Shown here piece by piece: positions 55,765 through 64,000 of a DNA stretch of 64,000 nucleotides (position 1 is the stretch's first letter; each line of letters starts with the position of its first letter). Origin of the DNA: the human T2T-CHM13v2.0 reference genome, Homo sapiens; NCBI RefSeq assembly GCF_009914755.1, contig NC_060931.1; one strand, written 5' to 3'. Position numbers and translations under genes: made by a program. The notes beneath the pieces were generated by a model. That model was not told the origin of the DNA and did no database searches. It worked only from the letters and a program-made list of their open reading frames with translations.

Positions 55765-57401
55765 CATTTCTTTATTTCAGTGGGTTTTGGGGGAACAGGT
55801 CATTTGGGGAACATGTTTGGTTACATGAATAATTTCTTTAGTGGTGATTTCTAAGATTTTGGTGCACCCAATACCCAAGCAGTGTACACTGTACCCAATG
55901 TGTCGTCTTTTATTCCTCACCCCCTCCCATCCTTTCCCCCAAGTCCCCAAAGTCTATTGTATTATTCTTCTGCCTTTGCATCCTCATAGCTTAGCTTCCA
56001 CTTATAAGTGAGAACATACAATGTTTGTTTTTTCACTCTCGAGTTATTTCACTTAGAATAATGGTCTCCAATTCTAACCAGGTTGCTGCAAATGCCATTA
56101 TTTTGTTATTTTGTTCCTTTTGATGGCTGAGTCATATTCCATATATGTATGTATGTATGTGTGTGTGTGTGTACATGTATACATATATGTGTACATATAT
56201 ACGTGTGTGTGTACATATATACATATATATCACAGTTTCTTTATCCACTGGTTGATTGATGAGCATCTGGACTGGTTCCATATTTTTGCAATTGAAAATT
56301 GTGCTGCTATAAACATTTCATGTGCAAGCATCTTTTTCATAAAATGACTTTTTCCCTCTGGTTGACACCCAGGTGTGGGATTACTGGATCAAATGGTAGT
56401 TCTACTTTTAGTTCTTTAAGGAATCGCCACATTGTTTTCCGTAGTGGTTGTACTATTAGGTTGGTGCAAAAGCAATTGAAGTTTTTGCCATCACTTTTAA
56501 TGGCAAAAACCACAATTGCTTTTGCATCAGCCTAATAGTTTACATTCCCACCAGCAGTGTAAAAGTTTTCTTTTCACCACATCCATACCAACATCTTTTT
56601 TTTACCTTTTTTGATTATGGCCATTCTTGCAGGAGTAAGGTGGTATTGCATTATCATTTCGATTTGCACTTCCCTGATAATTAGTGAAGTTGAGCATTTT
56701 CCCATATGTTCGTTGGCCATTTGTGTATCTTGTCCTTAGCCCACTTTTTGATGGGATTGTTTTTTGTTTTTTTTTCTTCTTGATTTGAGTTCTTTATAGA
56801 TTCTGGATATTAGTCCTTTTTCAGATGCATAGATTGCAAAGATGTTCTCCCCCTCTGTGGGTTGTCTGTTTACTCAGCTGATTATTTCTTTTGTTGTGCA
56901 GAAGCTTTTTAGTTTAATTAAGTCCAATCTATATATCTTTGTTTTTGTTGCATTTGCTTTTGGGTTCTTGGTCATGAAGTCTTTGCCTAAGCCAATGTCT
57001 AGAAGGGCTTTTCCAATGTTATCTTCTATAATTTTTATGATTTCAGATCTTAGATTTAAGTCTTTGATCCATCGTGAGTTGCTTTTAGTGTACGGTGAGA
57101 GATGAGGATCCAGTTTCATTTTTCCACATGTGGCTTGCCAGTTATCCCAGCACCATTTATTGAATAGGGCGTCCTTTCCCCACTTTGTTTGTGTTTGCTT
57201 TCTTGAAGATCAGTTGACTGTAAGTATTTGGCTTTATTTCTGGGTTCTCTATTCTGTTCCATTGGCCTGTTTTTATACTAGTTCCTTGCTGTTTTGGTGA
57301 CTATAGCCTTGTAGTATAATTTGAAGTTGGGTAATGTAATGTGTACAGATTTGTTCTTTTTGCTAACTCTTGCTTTGGCTATGCGGGCTCTTCTTTGGTT
57401 C
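55765..57401 (-). mobile_element. L1PB-like 3' UTR and ORF2 3' part
   Basis: TTTGGGGGAACAGGT..GGTTACATGAATAA..GGTGCACCC 3' end; ORF 56874-57119 translates to L1 ORF2 ([20 protein letters not shown]). Confidence 0.93.
56456..56535. mobile_element. Full-length 80-bp MADE1 MITE with TA target duplication, nested in L1
   Basis: TTAGGTTGGTGCAAAAG...CTTTTGCATCAGCCTAA palindrome; TA at 56454-56455 and 56536-56537; L1 sequence resumes on both sides. Confidence 0.95.
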
Positions 57402-59399
57402 AGTCACATATAGCATGAAAAATCTTCCTGGAGGCATTCTCACCTCAATTTTTAAGATATGTTTCTTCATTTGTACTAATATTAACATATTACATTTCAG
57501 CAATCATTTACTGGGCACTGACTGTGTGCTGGATAAACACTAAGCAATTCCTATCTTATTTAATCTCAGTTAATCTGCACCACTCGATAAGGCAGACACT
57601 TTTATTCTTTGTTAGTGGAGAAGCAAATTCTATATAATATTTTTATGTTATGTAGATTGAAAAATAGCAGTATGTTGAAATGGAAAGAGAACCAGACTAG
57701 GGACTGCCAGGCAGAGATTCTTGTCCCGGCTTTGCTCCTAGCTAAATTCACATCATGAAAATCATTCAATTCTTAGATTCAATTGCTGCAGCTGTCAAAA
57801 GGGAATAACAATATATCTCAGGATTATCCTATAAATTAAGTTATATAATGTATGTAAAAATGTTCTGAAAATTAAAAGTATTGTATTACCCTAATGTATT
57901 TGAATATATTATCAGAAATTCTAACTTCAAGGTGTTTGATGTTGGAAACAGTATCAAAATAGGTTATATAAGCTGATAAAATTATATTAAATTATTTGTG
58001 TATTAATTTGCAAAGCATTTATTTAATGCCTGCCAATTAGGCACTCTGCCGAGTAGTAGGAGATACAATGATACATAAAACATGACAGGGCTTTTCCCTC
58101 AACATTTTTACAATCTAAAAAGACTTCACTGGTGCTATTGCTATATTTCAGAAAAGTGTAATTTTATTTCCAGCATATGTTCATTTGTATCTCAATAAAC
58201 CGTACTCCTTTTCATAGATTTCTTGTGACTGAAAGTCCAGTGGGAAAAACTCATATTTTTGTTTTTGTGGGGGTTTATTTGTTCTATTTTTAATACACTC
58301 CCAATACAGAATGTATACTTTAGCTTAATACCTGTATTTTCTGCGCTTCTTTCTATTTAAACTTCCTACAAGTAGAATAATGCTACTCATTTGTAAATAC
58401 ATTTGTAAATCACTTGAATCTACAGAGGCATCATAATTTAAAAATATTCACATAACCATCTGTCTCCAAATTAAAGGCAGGGAGGTATGGAAATACTTAT
58501 GATGGAAGAATTTTTCTCCAAGAAGGAAGAAAAGGATCTCAAAGGCCACTTTCTGACTCTGTGGGGCCCTTCTGGGTCACTGTCAGCATCTAGGTCTTCA
58601 GTTACAGACCTGGGGAATGGCAATCAGAAGAATTATTGCTGTTACTTTCCCAGGTAGATGGTATGCCCAGGGGAGCAAAAGGTTTAGTTAGTGGATTCAT
58701 TCTATTGAAATATTCGTCCAGATAAAATCCTCCATTTTATGTTAGCCAAATAGTTTTCACTTCTCATCTTCAGTGATAACATCAACCAAAGCTTCACCAT
58801 CTCAGCAGATTAAGGAAAGATTTGGAAGGTCCTATGTCCAAGGCCAGCAAATAGTTTGGAACACTGTGAAAGCTGTCGTGGTTTTTTTGTTTGTTTTTCT
58901 TTTTTTCATTTTATTTTACATGGGAAAGTAGCAGAGAAAGGAAAAACATTAAAAGACAGATATTTGATCTAGAAAAAAATATGTATGCTTTTTTTCCTTA
59001 AGTTTTCTCATTTTCTTAATATCTAGGGATGGGGAATATTAGAAATAATGTTACAAATAAAATGTTAAATTGAAGGAAAACAATACAGTAATTGATAATT
59101 GAGGTATTTAGGTTTTTCTACTTTGATGACAAAGGTTAATGTAGACATGTAGTAAAGTAATTATTATGGATTTTTATCAATCTAACTATCAGCACAATCT
59201 TTCCTTGGAAAGCTTATTAGAGCTCTTTCAACATTGCTGGTTTGGCCATCTGCCCAGGAGGCCTCTTTATGTTGTAGACCTAATAACCTGCTAGGAATTC
59301 TTCCTGTCTTGGATTTCTGCTAAGAAACCTGCTTCTTTAGAGAAAATGATTACTCCTAATTTTATTATTATTAATGTTTATAATTTACAGATCAAAAAA

Positions 59400-60620
59400 T
59401 AGAGATTAAAGACCTTGAGAAGGCTAGTGTTGATGGGACCTGGTAGTGATATTCAGTGCAGGTAAGAGAGGCTGGCTTCCACAGAGTCAGGAGAAAATCT
59501 TGGGTACAACTGGAGATAAGTCAATAGTTGGCAAGGATGGGTAACTAGGCCTTTCTGTCTTAATAGCCTCAATTCCTAATAATATAGGTGACAAGAGACA
59601 ACTGCAAGAATTGGGGAAATTTGAGAATGGCAGTGAAGGTTTGAAATGGCTATTGAGGGAATTTGGAGGGAGAGATGACTTCTGGTGGGGCTGGGATCTT
59701 CTCTTCATTGTGGTTCCAGTCCTCATGGCTGGGGGATTGTATGCAGCAGTAGGCAACAGTTAACTGTGCTGCTGGAGTATCTACAATGCTTCTGTTCACA
59801 GGACAGATTCTATACAACAGCAAAGAGCCAGTGGCCCACATCCACCAATGCATAAAGTAATGGACTATGGAGTAACTATCATCTAGATAGAAATGAAAAT
59901 GAGAAAATGCAGTTAAGAGAAACATTATTAACTGGAAGATAGAGGGCCTATTATGGGGTCTTTCTACGGTGGTTGAGATGTTGGAAGAAAGAAAGGTGGT
60001 GAGCTGGAAAACTAAATTGAAGTCATAAAGTAGAATATTAAAGTTTAAGATTTCAAGGATAGAATAATTCTGATTTATAGTAAGTAGGCCAAACTTGTGC
60101 CAATGGGAGTGGATCACTGGAAATGAGCGGAAGTGAGGGCAAAGTTGAAGAGGTCACAAAAATCTTAGTTTAGGACATTTCATGGGTTAACTGTGAGGAC
60201 ATTTAAGTCAACCAAGCACTTAGCGGAATCAGAAGTGTGGAAGAGTATCATGAGTCCAGAGCCAAAATGTTGTGAAAGTGACTGGGTGACCACGGATTTG
60301 GCTATGTGGCAGAGGAGGTAGGATTAAATAGGCATGAATGTCAGGTTTGTTTCTATTTGGTTAGGAAATAGCTTGAACAATAAAAAAGAAATGAGTCCTT
60401 TCTTCCACCACAGCTCCTCTGGTGAACAGAGAGTGAGGCAGTAAGCAGTCTCCTGTTGATAAAAAAGAAATGAGTCTTCTCTTCCACCACAGCTCCTCTG
60501 GTGAACAGAGAGTGAGGCAGTAAGCAGTCTCCTGTTGATCATCTGAGAGGGAAGCATCCTTGGGAATGGGAAATAGCATCAAGTCAGTTCAGAGTGGATC
60601 CACAGACATTTCAGAACAAG
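59400..60620 (-). mobile_element. Diverged L2 fragment(s)
   Basis: Purine-rich antisense L2-like sequence (GTGGATCACTGG, GACATTTAAGTCAACCAAG). Confidence 0.45.
60380..60537. repeat. 79-bp tandem duplication, 2 mismatches
   Basis: 60380-60458 vs 60459-60537. Confidence 0.95.
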
Positions 60621-60912
60621 AAGGGAAGGTAGTGCAGCTATGGAAGGCAATCAAGGTGGAATGAAGGGGGCGTGATAGAAGGACATCAAGAACAAACAGC
60701 AAGATGTTATTACCTATCTAGAACAGCAAACCAAATATGTATCTGTGCTAGTCACACAAAGACACTAGGCGGTGTCCTTGGATAGATGGCCTTTGTTTTC
60801 TTAGTGGCTCATTGCAAAGAGGCCTGTAATATAGAAGGAAAAGGAATCAGAAACTAATATTTAATACACTACAGATAAATTATTTAATCTTCATTACAAA
60901 CTCCAAAATTTA

Positions 60913-61316
<404 letters not shown>

Positions 61317-61426
61317 GAATTCCCATCTGGCTCTGGAGGTATACTTGCTCTATATGAGTCAAATAATTTATATTTCTTTATCTTGAAAAAGTAGCAATAA
61401 CATCAACTTTTTAAAACAGTATTTGA

Positions 61427-61512
61427 TTTTTTTTTTTTTTGAGACAGAGTCTTGCTGTGTTGCCCAGGCTGGAGTGCAGTGGCGCGATCTCGGCTCACTG
61501 CAAGCTCCACCT
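61427..61512 (-). mobile_element. 5'-truncated AluY-like fragment
   Basis: Poly-T GAGACAGAGTC..CACTGCAAGCTCC. Confidence 0.88.
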
Positions 61513-61619
61513 TACTTATTTATTAGATTCAAACATAATGGTTTTTCTATAGCATAAGCCTGCGCTCTAAGGAATTAGTAGGTACAAAATTATAACTATT
61601 CACCTTCATGAGATAAGAC

Positions 61620-61890
61620 CAAACTGTTTTCCACAGGGGAAAATTTCTCCAGCAATGTAGACAGGATCACATTTATTCACATTCTTTCCATCATCTGGTA
61701 TTATAATATTTTGTTGTTATTGCCTCTCTAGTGGGAGTAAAATGATACCTCATGGTGGTCTTCACTTGCATTTTTCTGACTAATAATCTGATTACTAATT
61801 AAACTAAACATCTCTTTTTTATTGGTCATAAATATTTTCTCTCCTGTTTGTGGGGATTTTTGCTCATTTTTCTATTGGGGTGATTGTTCT
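61620..61890 (-). mobile_element. Old L1 fragment
   Basis: AAACTGTTTTCCA..AAATGATACCTCATGGTGGT..TTGCATTTTTCTG. Confidence 0.65.
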
Positions 61891-62466
61891 TTTTATTAAG
61901 ATCATCTCATTAAATGTAGAGTTTGCATCAAGAAGACGAAGTGCCCTCGTTCCTCATCAGGACAAGTGTGGGTTCTGGGAGGCAAAAGGTCCCTGTAGGA
62001 CAATAGAGATACAAATCATAATGGGGATGGATCCCCCTCCAGGATGCTCCTGTCCCTGCGGGATGGGGGTGGGAGTGGGGATCAGGGTAGTTGAGGCAAT
62101 GACAGGCTTCCATGGAACCTCCCATGATACCTGTCTTCAGTTCAGAGGAGTGGGGGTTATTTGCCAGGAAATGGATGGTGCCTGAGGCTTTCCCACATCT
62201 GTGAAGGAATTTAGCATTCTGTGGAAAGTCCCCAATCTCAAAACCATCCACTGTAGGAATTGAAATTGCAATAAAAATTCCAGTGAACGATGTAAATGAA
62301 TAAATAAAGTTGGATTTCAGTCCTCAAGCTAAAAACAACAAAAAAAGAAAAAGAAAATAAAAACAGATGAAGAAGTTGCAAAAAGTAGCGTAGCAAATTG
62401 GTAGAAGATTCTGAACCAGGACTGAACAAGTCCAGTGCTTTTACAGAATAGCATGAACCCCCAACC

Positions 62467-62519
<53 letters not shown>

Positions 62520-62790
62520 CGAGAGAGAGAATCTTGCTCTGTATCTCAGGTTACAATACTGTGGCAAAAACATGGCTCACTGCAGCCTGGGCTCAAGTGA
62601 TCCTCCTGCCTCAGCCTCTGGAGTATCTAGAACTACAGGCACATGCCACCATGTCCGGCTAATTTTTTTTATTTTTTTGCATATTGCCTAGGTTGTCCAG
62701 GCTGATCTTATACTCCTGGCCTCAAGTGATCCTCCTGCCTCAGTCTCCAAAAGCACTGGGAATACATAGGTGAGCCAGCCCGACATGGCC
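62467..62790 (-). mobile_element. AluJ whose tail has become (TTG)17
   Basis: STR at 62467-62518 followed by antisense AluJ. Confidence 0.9.
62692..62769 (+). other. Candidate 78-nt Alu-derived non-coding exon (alternative CHRM2 5' UTR exon)
   Basis: Branch-like CTAAT at 62659-62663, T-tract, cctag| acceptor, TAG|GTGAGC donor; no ATG inside. Confidence 0.6.
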
Positions 62791-64000
62791 TCCATTCCCT
62801 GAGACTCATTCTCAAACAGAGGAGGCCCCCTGGGTGAAGCTACTTGCATAAGACCATGTGGAATATCCAGCTCGAATGGTTCTTGTTACTTCAGCTTCAT
62901 TCTTTTAATAGAAATGAGGCAAAAGGTGCCAGGCACATGGATGACAAAGAAACCCTGTCAATTTTGAAGATACATAGAATTTGTTGTAAAGCAACCACCA
63001 GCACAGCACCTCCCAGTCTGGAGAAAGGTGGGGGTGAATGTAGATTTGATGTGAAACCTTGTGTAAGATATATAATAGGCACTAGAGAAATGACACTTGG
63101 CGAAGAAAATAATAAAATATGACTTGCTAGAGAGCCTGGCTTTGCTGACCAGCTGTAGGTTCTATAACTGCAGCTTACGTCCCTTTTGTTTCACAGTATT
63201 TATAACGCACTTGGCAGATCTGCATTCTTCCCTCTCTGATTGCAAATAAGAAAAGAGGGAGTGAGGGGTTGGCATATGGGAAGAGGATGAAAAGGGATGA
63301 TTCGCTGTCCTTTCCTAATGATATCCGGAAAGAATAACTTGGGATCTGGGATAGAAGAAACTTACACAAATACAATATTTCAGTGAATTTATTCATTCTT
63401 TCATTGGCTCCTTCCCACCCTCCACATTCGTCACTGTAAGCACTGGATCACTTTCCTTGTATGGTATGGTGAATTGACTAGTGAGAAGAGACCTGTTTTT
63501 CTACTGAAATGGCAACCTTTAATCTACATGCATTCTTTGCCTTTCCTCCTGCTATAGGTTTTCCAGGTCCTGGCACCCATATTTTCTTCCTGCTCTTTTC
63601 TCTCTCTTCTTTCTTCAGTTGTTTTCAGATTGAGGAGAAAATAGTATCTTTGGGGCATCTCTTATCCACAAGCAGGTTTAGATTACTTCCCTGTTATATG
63701 TACAGGATTTGTCGCCCTAGACCCTCAAATGCTAAACTGAAATTCCAGATCTTTAGGGTGGGAGCAGAACACAACTTATTGGTCCCACTTCGACAAGGGC
63801 AGAAGTAGATTCGAGGGCTTGTGCATACGTGGAGAGAGAAAAGAGCTTTGAAGATATCCACAATACCTTTCCAACATTTGGAACAGGACAAATAATTATG
63901 CGTTTCTAATATGATGACATAAAATATATTTATAACTATGCCATGTTCTCTCACTACAGAGTGCAAAACATTCTGTTAAAAGCAGTATTTTAATTTCCCT

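Noticed and set aside
59947-59956. Second CArG consensus CCTATTATGG
   Set aside because: Single site within a decayed repeat with no supporting context; several are expected by chance
62550-62638. Right-arm Alu exon (tctcag| ... CAG|gcacat)
   Set aside because: Weak GC donor and competing upstream AGs; the left-arm exon has much better signals
62238-62662. PolyQ and polyV ORFs
   Set aside because: Translations of the (TTG)17 Alu tail; no coding context

Overview
Human (primate) genomic DNA: AT-rich, CpG-poor and dense in Alu, L1, L2, MIR and DNA-transposon relics. I found no intact protein-coding exon. The anchor is the miR-490 precursor at 14866-14993 (+), which I recognise. From established knowledge, this places the whole window inside the large 5'-UTR intron of CHRM2 (muscarinic M2 receptor, 7q33, + strand), a locus also overlapped by an antisense lncRNA. 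Main points of interest: (1) a KRT8 retrocopy with an inverted 5' CDS piece joined to a sense 3' UTR and poly(A), a roughly 1 kb internal loss, and visible twin-priming complementarity in its TSD; (2) a well-signalled 78-nt exon in an antisense AluJ (62692-62769), a likely alternative CHRM2 5'-UTR exon; (3) a chain of minus-strand exon candidates, one bracketing pre-miR-490 in antisense; (4) a 21-bp tandem repeat whose unit junction creates a perfect CArG box; (5) a 21-bp perfect fold-back hairpin of pre-miRNA size at an L1 break, and other apparent template-switch scars; (6) an L1PA with a probable 12-nt 3' transduction; (7) a full 80-bp MADE1 nested in an L1PB. Repeat subfamily calls are by eye, and ancient repeat boundaries are approximate.
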